64,000 nt of DNA from contig JBJMOW010000006.1 of NCBI GenBank assembly GCA_045803545.1, positions 64,001-128,000 on the forward strand, read 5' to 3'. The DNA is from Gemmatimonadaceae bacterium. GTDB lineage: Bacteria; Gemmatimonadota; Gemmatimonadetes; Gemmatimonadales; Gemmatimonadaceae. The position numbers and the translations under genes were made by a program. Shown in pieces: positions 10,565-20,539 of the stretch. Every line of letters begins with the position of its first letter. The stretch's first letter is position 1. A model generated the notes under the pieces. It was given only the letters and a program-made list of their open reading frames with translations, was not told the origin of the DNA and did no database searches.

Positions 10565-13500
10565 TCAAAATGCCCCGAGCGACTTGAACTTCGCAGTCGC
10601 ACCGTCCCACACATAAGTCAGCGAGACATTGCCAGCCGGGCGCTTCATCAGAAGTGTAGGGACACTCAGGTTAGATCCATTGACCGACACTCCCTCAATT
10701 ACTCTCAGGCCAATCGCCTCATTGTCTTTCCTGCCGTGCGAGATAGTTGGTAGAAGCGACGACCAGTCTCGCAACGCCTCGTTCCACTCAAGAAATCGAA
10801 CAACATTTCCATGCGCTGCATCGCTAAGCCAGGCTAATTGACGTCCTGTCACGCCCACCCCGAAAGTGCCGGACACCATACGGGAGACGATTCCTGGTGT
10901 CGAGGGCGTGCGACTATAAACGGAGTACCCGTCAAACCCTTGTGTCGGCGTAGGTCGATGAAGTGATACGTAGTGTAGCTGTCCCCGGCCGTCGTCTATT
11001 ACAAAACTGAGATGAGCGGGATTGATTGATGTCTCGAAATTCCCGCTGAGCAACCTTGGGTCGGTGACGACATTCTGTCCGACGGATTCGATGAGTATGT
11101 GAGTATCAGCCGGGTCTCCGGAAAGCGGTACAACCGTCCATGCAGGAGACGTGGGATCGTAGGAGAGGACAAAAAAAGTGAGATACTTGCGCGTCAGCAC
11201 GATATTCGGTCCGGTCCCCAAAGGTATTTGCTTGGTGACCTCCCCGATGCATCCTAAAGCCTGACGACCGTTAATCACGCCTACAGGGCTGACGAGCCTA
11301 ATCCGTTGGGACGATGTCGTGCCCAGCATCGCCGAATTAATCCGAGTGCCTGACAGGGGCGGGCTGTAGTTCAAGGGGTTAGCTCGAACGAACATGGTCG
11401 TCGGCAAATCAAACCGTACCGCGTTGATAAGGTTATTTTGCCAGCTGACGAGAAGCCTTCTGCTCGTTCCGTCAACGTCGGCTACCGTCACGCCGTCCAC
11501 TGGTTGATTGTTCGGAAAGACAATTTGCGGTGAAGCTGTACCAGTGGCATTCGGAGACCGCCCGCCGAGAGGCACCCATTTGGCCTGCGTGGCATCGTAA
11601 TGGTAGGCGAGGAAGCTGAAACCTGGTTCCGGGGAAAATGCTGGCCAGAAGTTCGTCGGATGAAGTTGGAGCACAACGTCCTGTGTGCCGTCGCCATCAA
11701 AATCCGCGACTCCCGTCAACTCCCCAAAGGGCAAACCCCACGTATCGATTGCTTGATCGGCAGTTGATAGGTTCGGATCGCGGACGTGCACCCAAAAGTG
11801 ATCGGCCGCACCGGTTGGGGTCATTGCCCAGAACATTCCACTATTCGCGCCCGAATAACTATCGTTGGGCCCAAGACGTTGCTGAGCAAAGACACCCGTT
11901 GGCAGCGCCGATGAGTAGGTGATTGGCAACGGACTGTTCGGGATCCGTCGATAGCGTCTTGCGACATCAACAGCTGCGTAAGAGTCCAGGAACCCCCACC
12001 CAAACTTGGTCGTGTAACCACTCGCGTCTTCGAGCGCCGCTTGGCCAGCGGCTTTCCGAGTCGTTCGTTGGAGAATATCGAAGATTTCTGTAGGGGTGAG
12101 TGATATGTCTAAGTCTTTCATGATCGCAGCAGTTCCCGCCACGACCGCTGACGCGACCGACGAGCCACCACTGCCAGTCCCGGCGAAAGTAACGCTTGTA
12201 CCGTTCGTACTATAGAATGGCCAAGCGCCATCGTCGACAACCACGTCTAACCCATTGCCCGAGCTTCCAAGCATGGTCGCGGCGGCATAATCCCCCCATC
12301 CAGCAGCAAAGACATGAGGCTGGTCGGCGGGAGTAGCAAGTGTCGTAGTGAACGCCGGGTTGTTTCCAGCAGAAGCGGTTGCAAACACCCCAGGCGTGTA
12401 GCCACAGCTTGTCACCCACCAGTCCATCCAGTCTGCAACATTACCCGCTTCCCATAACTGCGACTGCTCGGCAAAGCTCATGTTTGCAGTTTCAAGCCCA
12501 CCAAGCGCGAGATGACACATCCGGATAAGTGCGTCGACCCAAGTTTCCAAGAAGTGGTCGGCCGTCTCGTCGAAATGTGTCCAATGGTTTCCTTCGAAAT
12601 CCGCAGACGTTATCCAGTCGGGCCTCACGGGAATAATCTCCGCTCCGGGCGCTACACCAACCTGGTTATTAGAGGCCTGCGCGACACCTCCGATGACGCC
12701 GGACATTAGCAGACCATGCATGATGGTCGCGTTCGCCGTGAGACTTAAAGGGGTCATAGGATTGTGATCGCCGTCGGCGGCATCGTATCCTATCAAATTG
12801 AAGTAGATCTGCGTGTGCGGGTCAAAGTCCCAATCGATTACGGCGACTTGCTGACGTGACCCTAAGAACTGCCCGGCAGCGGGATAGTAATCCGAAGGCC
12901 TTAACAGGGACCATGCAAGGTCTACGTAATTTCGCCTCTCGAACGAGTTCGCCGAGACCATCGGCAGTTCCACCCGCCGCAGGTGGTGACCCAAAGCGTG
13001 AAAATCCGCCGCGGCAAGCCGCACACCCTTGAGCCCTTGCAGTTGTGAGGCGATCGCGAATGCGTCGGCACGTTGCTCGTCTCGCAGCCATATTTTGACG
13101 ATCCGAGTATCGAACACCACAGAATCAGCCGAGAGTGAGGGCCAGGTTCGCTGAATCGCAAGACGAGCGGGAGGTGCATCCTTGGCCGAGAAACCGGCAA
13201 CTGAGGAATCGCGCATTTCCTCCCTGCGCCGGCGAGGAGCAGCTTTAAGCGGGGACACACTTTCGATTCTCAGAGGTCCTACCGTAGCTACGAGCGCTCG
13301 CCGGCGCGCAGACGAAATGGTATCGTCGAAGAGAACTATTATCTCCCCCGTCGGAAAGACCCGCAGTGAATCGTTGAATATGAACCCACGAGTTAGCCGA
13401 ACCCGAGCGGTTGGTTCGATCGTGGAAATTGCTGATGTAAGATCTGCCAGATCACTCGCGGCGACTGGAGTCTGGAGACGATGCGCAAAAAACAACAGCT

Positions 13501-13732
13501 GCGAGGAACGCTTGTAATGAGTGGTCCATTTGGAGCTGACTCCGGTAGGAAGTGCTTTTTGTAATCTCACTCGTTGGCTTGAATCAACTCCTTGCATAAG
13601 CAACACGTCCGACGCTAAACGCGGGGTTACCTTGTTTTGATTGCCGGTGCTCGCGGCGCGAGGCTGCGCGCCGCCGGTCACCGGTGCGGCACAAGCCACG
13701 ATGAAGGCGCCTACGGCTAATTGGTATCGCAC
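10565..13732 (-). CDS. Secreted S8 (subtilisin-like) peptidase with FG-GAP-like C-terminal repeats
   Basis: Triad motifs VAVID, HGLLMSGVIG and GSSVASAVVAG, oxyanion SAGN, and DFDGDGTQD. The likely GTG start at 13732 has a GGAG RBS and gives a signal peptide. Confidence 0.85.
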   Translation of the reverse strand: MRYQLAVGAFIVACAAPVTGGAQPRAASTGNQNKVTPRLASDVLLMQGVDSSQRVRLQKALPTGVSSKWTTHYKRSSQLLFFAHRLQTPVAASDLADLTSAISTIEPTARVRLTRGFIFNDSLRVFPTGEIIVLFDDTISSARRRALVATVGPLRIESVSPLKAAPRRRREEMRDSSVAGFSAKDAPPARLAIQRTWPSLSADSVVFDTRIVKIWLRDEQRADAFAIASQLQGLKGVRLAAADFHALGHHLRRVELPMVSANSFERRNYVDLAWSLLRPSDYYPAAGQFLGSRQQVAVIDWDFDPHTQIYFNLIGYDAADGDHNPMTPLSLTANATIMHGLLMSGVIGGVAQASNNQVGVAPGAEIIPVRPDWITSADFEGNHWTHFDETADHFLETWVDALIRMCHLALGGLETANMSFAEQSQLWEAGNVADWMDWWVTSCGYTPGVFATASAGNNPAFTTTLATPADQPHVFAAGWGDYAAATMLGSSGNGLDVVVDDGAWPFYSTNGTSVTFAGTGSGGSSVASAVVAGTAAIMKDLDISLTPTEIFDILQRTTRKAAGQAALEDASGYTTKFGWGFLDSYAAVDVARRYRRIPNSPLPITYSSALPTGVFAQQRLGPNDSYSGANSGMFWAMTPTGAADHFWVHVRDPNLSTADQAIDTWGLPFGELTGVADFDGDGTQDVVLQLHPTNFWPAFSPEPGFSFLAYHYDATQAKWVPLGGRSPNATGTASPQIVFPNNQPVDGVTVADVDGTSRRLLVSWQNNLINAVRFDLPTTMFVRANPLNYSPPLSGTRINSAMLGTTSSQRIRLVSPVGVINGRQALGCIGEVTKQIPLGTGPNIVLTRKYLTFFVLSYDPTSPAWTVVPLSGDPADTHILIESVGQNVVTDPRLLSGNFETSINPAHLSFVIDDGRGQLHYVSLHRPTPTQGFDGYSVYSRTPSTPGIVSRMVSGTFGVGVTGRQLAWLSDAAHGNVVRFLEWNEALRDWSSLLPTISHGRKDNEAIGLRVIEGVSVNGSNLSVPTLLMKRPAGNVSLTYVWDGATAKFKSLGAF

Positions 13733-14046
13733 GGGAAGCTCCGTGTTGGTTTTACGCGTGGGCTTGGCGCAGTTGCACACGCGACGCTAACCGTTTCTGT
13801 CGACAGGGCAATGCTCATTCTTTATCATCGCGGTGTCGTTTTTTTGTCAGGTAGCATCGAGCAATACGTCCATCGCGGCGACGTGAACATTCGCGAAAGA
13901 AAGAGAATCGACATCTCCTGACAAGAAACAGGCATCGCCTCATCGGGAAATCGCCGACACCTTAAGAACAGTCCTGGGGGTGTTCGAATGCATATCGGTC
14001 TAGCATCCGCTCGAACACGTACGTTCGCCGCCAGTTCGCGATACGC

Positions 14047-14961
14047 GTGAGAATCGCGGCGTTTCTCGCCAACTCGCAGACGGCGCACGTAATGGCGGCG
14101 CTCGGGGCACATGACGAGATGTGCGTCGCCGAATCCTGGGATGCGCTGGAGACACTGATAAGGCGCGAACCGCTTAGCGTCGTAGTCTTCAGCCCTGCCG
14201 CGGATGGAACGATGGATGTCTCGCGCGCGTGCAAACTCATTCGCCGATTCAGCTCGATTCCGTTCGTCGCTTACGTACCGCTTGACGCATCCTTTGCGCG
14301 CGGCATCGCGCACATGTCGAACGATGGAATGCAGGACCTCGTCGTCGTTCGCGCCAACGACACGCCCGAGCGGTTCAGGGAAGTGTTGCTGCGTGTGAGT
14401 GCAATGCCGGAGCTATCGGTGCTCGTTGGCTCGCTTGAGAAATGGCTCTGTCAGCTGCCGTCGAGTCTGACGCAGGTTCTCATCGATGCGCTCCGGCAAC
14501 CGCACAGATATCCATGCGCCGAGACGATCGCGACCTCGGCGGGGATGACTGTGAGTGCGCTCTATCGAAGTTTCAGGAGTGCGCGACTTAATTCACCGAA
14601 GAGCTTTGTCGTTGGCGCGCACGTCTTCAGGGGCTACATCTACTTGAAGGACATTGGATTCTCGGTGAGAGACATCGCGGCCAAACTGGGCTACACACAC
14701 CCGCGCATTTTCGCTCACCAGATCGAGTGCGTGTTCGGCGAACGACCGTCGAGAGTTCGTCGCACTATGGGAATGGAAGACGCTGTGCAACGGCTCGTGC
14801 TGTGGTTTAGCTCCCGAGAACGAGCGAGTTGCACCCATCTGCCCGAAGGAGTGAACACGATGGCTCCTTCGGCCAAGCGCTCCGCCATGGCAACTTTGCT
14901 GCTCGCCATTCTGCCGGCGGTCAAAGCTCACATCGAATTATTTACGGCGCTGATCCAATAG
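14047..14961 (+). CDS. AraC-family regulator with a receiver-like N-terminal domain
   Basis: Two HTH motifs, AETIATSAGMTVSALYRSF and SVRDIAAKLGYTHPRIF...FGERPS. Confidence 0.8.
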   Translation: MRIAAFLANSQTAHVMAALGAHDEMCVAESWDALETLIRREPLSVVVFSPAADGTMDVSRACKLIRRFSSIPFVAYVPLDASFARGIAHMSNDGMQDLVVVRANDTPERFREVLLRVSAMPELSVLVGSLEKWLCQLPSSLTQVLIDALRQPHRYPCAETIATSAGMTVSALYRSFRSARLNSPKSFVVGAHVFRGYIYLKDIGFSVRDIAAKLGYTHPRIFAHQIECVFGERPSRVRRTMGMEDAVQRLVLWFSSRERASCTHLPEGVNTMAPSAKRSAMATLLLAILPAVKAHIELFTALIQ

Positions 14962-14988
14962 CTGCGCGATCTTCCTTGCGTTCGCGCG

Positions 14989-16530
14989 CTACCGCCAGTC
15001 GGGCTGCCAGTAATCGTGGCAGCAGCCTGTCGCCGTCGGAAACCGCAGCGTGACGGAGACACCGTCACTGACGCGAATGACGCGCAGGCCCGAGGCATCG
15101 GCGTTGCGACCGATCACGTACGTGCCGTCGGGTGACCACCCGATTCCCGGGCTCAGATCGACGCTGCCCAAAACTCGGCGGCCGCTTCCGTCTGCACTGA
15201 TTATCGTTGCCACTCCATTGTACGACTGGTACGAGGTGGGGCCGCCGAGATACACAATACGATCGTCCTGGGTAGACCAGCGTGGGGAGTTGACGTTGTT
15301 GTCGAGCACGGTCGTCGAACCGCTGGCGACATCGAGCACACGCAGTTCACCCGGATATGTAGACGCAACGTAAACGACGCGCGTACCGTCGTGTGAGACG
15401 TCGGCGCCACCATAAGTCCTTCCGACTCCTGGAAGTGCGACGACGAACGTGATCGTGTTATCGGTCGCGACGCGCCACAGTGAAGGGTCGGAATGCGAAA
15501 AGTCGGCGTGGCGCATGCCGACGACCAGCACCGTGCCATCCGCCAGATAGCGGGTGGACATGATAAGGTCAAACCCGATGTCGGCTCCAATATCCCGTCG
15601 CGCAACCCCAGTCGTGTCGATGATGATCAGATCGTTGGGTGGACCGCCGACGTAAGACGCGGTTCCCGCATGCAGCGTGAGCCGCTGTCGCGTAGGATCA
15701 AATTGCGGAAACGCTCCATAGTCACTCGAGACGCCGCCAGTTATCGTGCGCTCGGCGGTCCCATCTGTGTTCACCAGCCGCACTGTTTGTTCATCGCTCG
15801 ACCACACCAGCAAGCGACCCGGCGCCACGACTCGTACTCTGGCAGAGTCGAAGAACGAATTGTACCTCGCGAGAACCCACTGGTTGCCCATGTCTAGTGC
15901 GGTCACCACGCCGGTTGCCGCGTTGAGCGCAATTGCATTCCCAGCGCCGAGGCTCAAGGTTGCCGTTTCTGTGCGCGCGTTCGAGTAACGGTCGACAACG
16001 CGGCCGCCTAACGTTGCGGTACCACCAATGCTGAGAGCGGTATCGATGGCTCCGGCTGCGCGCACGCCAGCGGGCGCGCCCGGTGTGATTGTGTACTTGG
16101 CTGAATCAGCAAAGCCGAACTCCGGAACAATCACCCGCACGAAATACGGCCCGGCGATGACGCCCATCTGCACTCTGACCTCGGCGCGTCCGCGACTATC
16201 GGTTGTGTCGATCACGACCTGTCCAAAGCAATTCAGCGCCTCAAGGGCACAAAGGGGCACGGCCGGGCGCGGGTAAAACTGAGGCGTTTGGGCCGTCAGC
16301 TGTGACTCGAAGCGCACAATGACACCACGTGCGACCGAACCGTTCGCCCCTCGCACTTCAACCACCAGCGCCTGCAAGGGCGTGACGTCGACAGTGTCGG
16401 TTACGTCCGCGCCCGCGACGATGTGCACTCCCGGCTTGCCACCAGGTCCGGTGGCATCGCCGCAACGAGCGAGCAACGCTATGAGGGAAATGGAGTAGGC
16501 AACACGCGCGGTGCGCCGGAAACCGGGCAG
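14989..16530 (-). CDS. Putative lipoprotein with Ig-like domains and a TolB/PD40-like beta-propeller
   Basis: Propeller blades VSHDGTRVVY, PRWSTQDDRIVY and WSPDGTYV. The signal peptide is complete only if translation starts at CTG 16530; the ORF track uses TTG 16476. Confidence 0.75.
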   Translation of the reverse strand: MPGFRRTARVAYSISLIALLARCGDATGPGGKPGVHIVAGADVTDTVDVTPLQALVVEVRGANGSVARGVIVRFESQLTAQTPQFYPRPAVPLCALEALNCFGQVVIDTTDSRGRAEVRVQMGVIAGPYFVRVIVPEFGFADSAKYTITPGAPAGVRAAGAIDTALSIGGTATLGGRVVDRYSNARTETATLSLGAGNAIALNAATGVVTALDMGNQWVLARYNSFFDSARVRVVAPGRLLVWSSDEQTVRLVNTDGTAERTITGGVSSDYGAFPQFDPTRQRLTLHAGTASYVGGPPNDLIIIDTTGVARRDIGADIGFDLIMSTRYLADGTVLVVGMRHADFSHSDPSLWRVATDNTITFVVALPGVGRTYGGADVSHDGTRVVYVASTYPGELRVLDVASGSTTVLDNNVNSPRWSTQDDRIVYLGGPTSYQSYNGVATIISADGSGRRVLGSVDLSPGIGWSPDGTYVIGRNADASGLRVIRVSDGVSVTLRFPTATGCCHDYWQPDWR

Positions 16531-16697
16531 GGGATGCTCCTTTGTCTGGTGATTAAGTGCGCCCTTAACATAAGACTCATGGATGAGCCTGACCAGACGT
16601 TTGCGAGAGTCTCCGATACCTACTGCTGCTGCGGCGACGTCCGTCTGGCGAAGACGTCGAGGCGTTGCGACCAGTGTGGTTGAACGTCAACGACTCA

Positions 16698-18461
16698 ATG
16701 GACATCTCGTTGTTCTGTCGACCTGCTCGAGCGTGTCTCGCGGCTGTGATGTTGTGCGCGCTCACCACCTCGGCCGGTGCTCAGGCGCACGATATCCGCG
16801 TCCGTGACTACGGCACGCTACTCACGGTTCACTCCGATGGCACTGTCGACGTCGTTGAGCGACTGACTATCCACTTCAGTGGCGAGTGGCACGGTCTCAA
16901 TCGCGATCTGTTGCTTCGTCATACAACCGCGCAGGGCCGACAGGTCAAGCTCGATGTCGAAGACGGACCGATTACCGATTCCGCCGGCAATCCTCTGGTG
17001 GTTGAGCATCAGACACAGGACGCCGGTTGGACGCGCCGCTACCATATCTACATACCGGGCGCAGTGGATGCCGATCGAACAATCCTGATTCACTATCGCC
17101 TGAAAAACGCGATTCGCTTCTTCTTCAAGTCGAGCGACGTTGGCGAGCTCGACGAGCTTTATTGGAATGTCACCGGGAACGCCTGGACGATGTTCATCGA
17201 CAGCGTTCACGCGCGAGTCGTGCTCCCCCACGATGTACAGCCGACGCAGGTCGCAGTTTACACCGGACCCGAAGGATCGCGCGCATCGGACGCAGCCATC
17301 GAGCGACACGGCAACGAGGTCGCGTTCAGTACCCGTCACCGCCTCCCTCCCTACGCGGGGCTGACTATTGCGGTCGGGTGGCCCGCCGGACACGTCGAAG
17401 GTCGGCCTACTCAGGCGCATGAGCAGGTGATGCAGATCGTTGGCTGGACTCCACTTCTGATTCCGCTACTCGTCTTTTGGTTCGCGTATAGTGCGTGGAG
17501 CAAGCACGGACGCGACCCGAAGGAAGGATCGTACGTCGTGCGCTACGAGCCCATCGCAGGAGCCTCTGCTGCGGAGCTGGGGACTCTCGTCGACAACCGC
17601 GCCGACATGGCTGACATCACCGCCACACTGGTCGACCTCGCCGTGCGCGGATTCATTCGCATCGAGGAGATCACCGCGAGCTATATGCCCGCCCTGCGCA
17701 GCAACACGGACTACGTCATTCACCTCCTTCGCGATCCATTGCTGTCGAAGGAACTCAAACCCTACGAGCAACGGTATCTGGAGGAGTTAGCCAAGCTCGC
17801 ACCGATCGGCGAATCATCGGTGAAGGCCTCCGATCTACGAAGCGAGTTTTACAAGGCACTCCCGGAGATCACAGACACCATCTACGACAGCCTTGTCGAA
17901 AAGGGTTACTACCGCGACCGTCCGGACAAGGTGCGGTCGAAATGGGGCAACGGAGCTTTCTACAGCATGGTGGCGGGTGTCCTCATCTCGTTCTTCGTGG
18001 TCAAGGAAATGTGGACTCCCACCACTCCTCTTGCGGTGATCACAGCCACCTTCCTAAGCACGATCACGTTGTTCGTGTTCGCGGCGATCATGCCCGCCCG
18101 CACCGAAGCCGGCGCCCGCGCGCATGAAGCTACGCTCGGCTTCAAGGAATTCCTGGCGCGGGTGGAGGAAGAGCGCTATAAGAAACTGATCACGTCGCCG
18201 GACCAGTTCGAGCGATTTCTCCCCTATGCGATGGCGTTCGGTGTCGCAGAGAAGTGGGCGAACGCGTTCAAGGACATCTATCGCGATCCGCCAACGTGGT
18301 ACGTCGGCGGAACTGGACAGTTCAACGTGTCGAGCTTCTCGCACGACGTCAGCACCATGTCAAGCGTGATGTCGAGCAGCATGTCGTCGAGCTCGTCGGG
18401 GTCTGGTGGCGGCGGGTCGAGTGGCGGTGGAAGCGGAGGGGGTGGGGGGAGCGGGTTCTAA
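16698..18461 (+). CDS. DUF2207 family membrane protein (copy 1)
   Basis: DGTVDVVE, ELYWNVTGNAW, TLVDLAVRG, LPYAMAFG and a Gly/Ser tail ending GGSGF. The ATG GAC ATC start is shared with copy 2. Confidence 0.9.
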   Translation: MDISLFCRPARACLAAVMLCALTTSAGAQAHDIRVRDYGTLLTVHSDGTVDVVERLTIHFSGEWHGLNRDLLLRHTTAQGRQVKLDVEDGPITDSAGNPLVVEHQTQDAGWTRRYHIYIPGAVDADRTILIHYRLKNAIRFFFKSSDVGELDELYWNVTGNAWTMFIDSVHARVVLPHDVQPTQVAVYTGPEGSRASDAAIERHGNEVAFSTRHRLPPYAGLTIAVGWPAGHVEGRPTQAHEQVMQIVGWTPLLIPLLVFWFAYSAWSKHGRDPKEGSYVVRYEPIAGASAAELGTLVDNRADMADITATLVDLAVRGFIRIEEITASYMPALRSNTDYVIHLLRDPLLSKELKPYEQRYLEELAKLAPIGESSVKASDLRSEFYKALPEITDTIYDSLVEKGYYRDRPDKVRSKWGNGAFYSMVAGVLISFFVVKEMWTPTTPLAVITATFLSTITLFVFAAIMPARTEAGARAHEATLGFKEFLARVEEERYKKLITSPDQFERFLPYAMAFGVAEKWANAFKDIYRDPPTWYVGGTGQFNVSSFSHDVSTMSSVMSSSMSSSSSGSGGGGSSGGGSGGGGGSGF

Positions 18462-19660
18462 GCCGGCAATCGCGGGGTGATCTTCAGCGAGTTCTTGTAA
18501 TAAACCTTCCTCAACACTTCATCAGGCAACCCGATCCCGTACAGCTTCCAGAACGCGTGATACGGCCGGTAGTAATCGAAGTAGTCATCGTTCGTCTCGA
18601 ACACACGCCAGTAATACGGATACTCCTCGGGCTGATACGAGTCCTTGCCGAACAGAATTCGATCCTGATACTTGATGAAGAAGTCGTGCGCAGCGCGCGG
18701 CTGGCGACCGATGTCGTATAGCACCGCGCCGACATCCACGTAGACGTTCGGCATCTCCGTCAGCATCCTGGCCAGACGGCCGAGGTCGTTGGCGTGCCAA
18801 CCCATGTGCGCGGCGACGAAGGTCGTCTTCGGATTGCGACGGAATAAATTGTCGCGCTCCTTCATCAGCTCCTCGAAGTTGGGATGCTGAGTGGGCGACA
18901 CGCGACGACTCGGAAATAGCTCGAGCTCAAGCCACCGCTCATTGCTGTAGTTCACCGGCTGATAGAACTCCGCCGGATCTGCCGTGTGAATGAAGACCGG
19001 CAGCTTGAGGCGCGCGGCCGCCTGCCAGATGGGATCGAGATCCGGATCGTCGAGCGCGAGCCGAGTACCATCGGTTTTGCGAATCGTCTGACCGAAGTTC
19101 TTCGGGATCTCGCCGATTCCAACCGCTCCTGCAGCGACGTCGGCCTCGAGCTGCGCCACTGCCCTCTGCGCCCATCCAGGTCCTACGTTTCGAAAGTCGA
19201 TGCCCGCCAGCACGCGCACGCGATCCTTCATCGTCGGCGACGACCTGATCGTCGCCATCATCTGCTTCAGCGCGTCACCAGATACGTTGTTCGCGACGAT
19301 GATCATGCGGACGTTGAGACTGTCGAGTTGCGCCCCCATCCGCGCGAGCGATTCGACGCTGCCGAGCATCTCGAATGGATGTCCGTGGAAATCGATCGCC
19401 GGATAGCGCGCCTTCTTCACCATGTGCTCCGGAACTACCAGCGTCGAACGCGGTCGATAGTCGAGAATACTTGGCGCAGGATCCTGCGGGTCGAGACATT
19501 GGCGCGGCCGAATCTCAGTTGTGCCGGGCGGGCACTGCTCGCCGGGTTTAATCGACGTCGCGCGGTCGCCGCCTGGTTGCGCCGATAGCGGGAAGGCGAA
19601 GAATGTCGCGGCGCAGGCCGCTAAGAAAAAAGATCGCCGAGGATGCGCACGGATTGGCAT
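18458..19660 (-). CDS. Amidohydrolase family protein (Amidohydro_2-like), probably exported
   Basis: Metal-ligand motifs IDFHGH, FIHTAD, AAHMG and FGKD; N-terminal RRSFF twin-arginine-like signal. Confidence 0.88.
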   Translation of the reverse strand: MPIRAHPRRSFFLAACAATFFAFPLSAQPGGDRATSIKPGEQCPPGTTEIRPRQCLDPQDPAPSILDYRPRSTLVVPEHMVKKARYPAIDFHGHPFEMLGSVESLARMGAQLDSLNVRMIIVANNVSGDALKQMMATIRSSPTMKDRVRVLAGIDFRNVGPGWAQRAVAQLEADVAAGAVGIGEIPKNFGQTIRKTDGTRLALDDPDLDPIWQAAARLKLPVFIHTADPAEFYQPVNYSNERWLELELFPSRRVSPTQHPNFEELMKERDNLFRRNPKTTFVAAHMGWHANDLGRLARMLTEMPNVYVDVGAVLYDIGRQPRAAHDFFIKYQDRILFGKDSYQPEEYPYYWRVFETNDDYFDYYRPYHAFWKLYGIGLPDEVLRKVYYKNSLKITPRLPA

Positions 19661-19776
19661 TCCTTAAATGTGGCGAACGGGCGGGCCGATGGGCTACAAG
19701 GAGCTGGTCGCCACTGAAAACCCGCGCCCACCATAGACAGGCGTTCGGAGGTGTCGCGACTTAGCTTGTTGAGATA

Positions 19777-20433
19777 ATGTCGAGGACGCGCGAACAAACG
19801 AGCGGCGAGGAAATCGCCAACAGCCTGACTCACGGACTCGGCGTCGTATTGACCCTGGTCGTCGGTCCAATGCTCGTCATCATCGCCGTGCGCAGCGGCG
19901 ATCCGTGGCGAGTCGTTGCCGCAGCCGTCTATGCAACGACGCTGCTGCTGCTGTTCACATCATCGATGCTCTATCACGGGCTGAGGCCACCTGCAGCAAA
20001 GGCGGTCTTTCAGCGCATCGATCACGCTGCGATCTACCTTCTGATCGCTGGCACCTACACGCCGTTCACTCTCATCACCCTGCGTGGACCGTGGGGCTGG
20101 AGTCTATTTGGCATTATTTGGGCTCTCGCCATCGCCGGTGTCGCGCTCAAAGGAACGTTCGGCGCGCGACTGCCCGCGCTGTCAACCGCGGTCTACCTCG
20201 GCATGGGCTGGCTCGCCGTCATCGCGCTGCGGCCACTTCTCATGAACGTCGCGCCGAGGGGAATCGCGTGGCTCGTCGCAGGCGGATTCTTCTACACGGC
20301 AGGCGTCGTTTTCTACGTTCGCGACGAACGTCATCGCTATCATCACGCAGTGTGGCATGTGTTCGTGCTCGCGGGAAGCATCGCCCATTTCTGCGCGATC
20401 CTCTGGTACGCGCTGCCGGTGACTCGCGTGTAA
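19777..20433 (+). CDS. Hemolysin III / PAQR family membrane protein
   Basis: EEIANSLTHGLG, SMLYH, DHAAIYLLIAGTYTPF and HAVWHVFVLAGS. Confidence 0.93.
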   Translation: MSRTREQTSGEEIANSLTHGLGVVLTLVVGPMLVIIAVRSGDPWRVVAAAVYATTLLLLFTSSMLYHGLRPPAAKAVFQRIDHAAIYLLIAGTYTPFTLITLRGPWGWSLFGIIWALAIAGVALKGTFGARLPALSTAVYLGMGWLAVIALRPLLMNVAPRGIAWLVAGGFFYTAGVVFYVRDERHRYHHAVWHVFVLAGSIAHFCAILWYALPVTRV

Positions 20434-20539
20434 GGATTCGCTTCTTCTGGGCAGAACGATGATCTTGTGACCTAAGACGCGATCCGTGAAGTCAGCACTT
20501 ATACCGGCGGTCGCGATCCCTTTGCACAGGTCGATTGAA

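Noticed and set aside
13905..13915. Fourth TGTCGATT box on the - strand upstream of the S8 protease
   Set aside because: There is no CGTC -10 element at the required spacing.
18380..18460. G-rich GGC/GGT runs at the DUF2207 3' ends as DNA repeats
   Set aside because: They encode the family's normal Gly/Ser-rich C-terminal tail.
7180..18890. Amidohydrolase (and DUF2207) repeats as a DGR template/variable repeat pair
   Set aside because: Mismatches are mostly synonymous and not confined to adenines, and there is no reverse transcriptase in the window.
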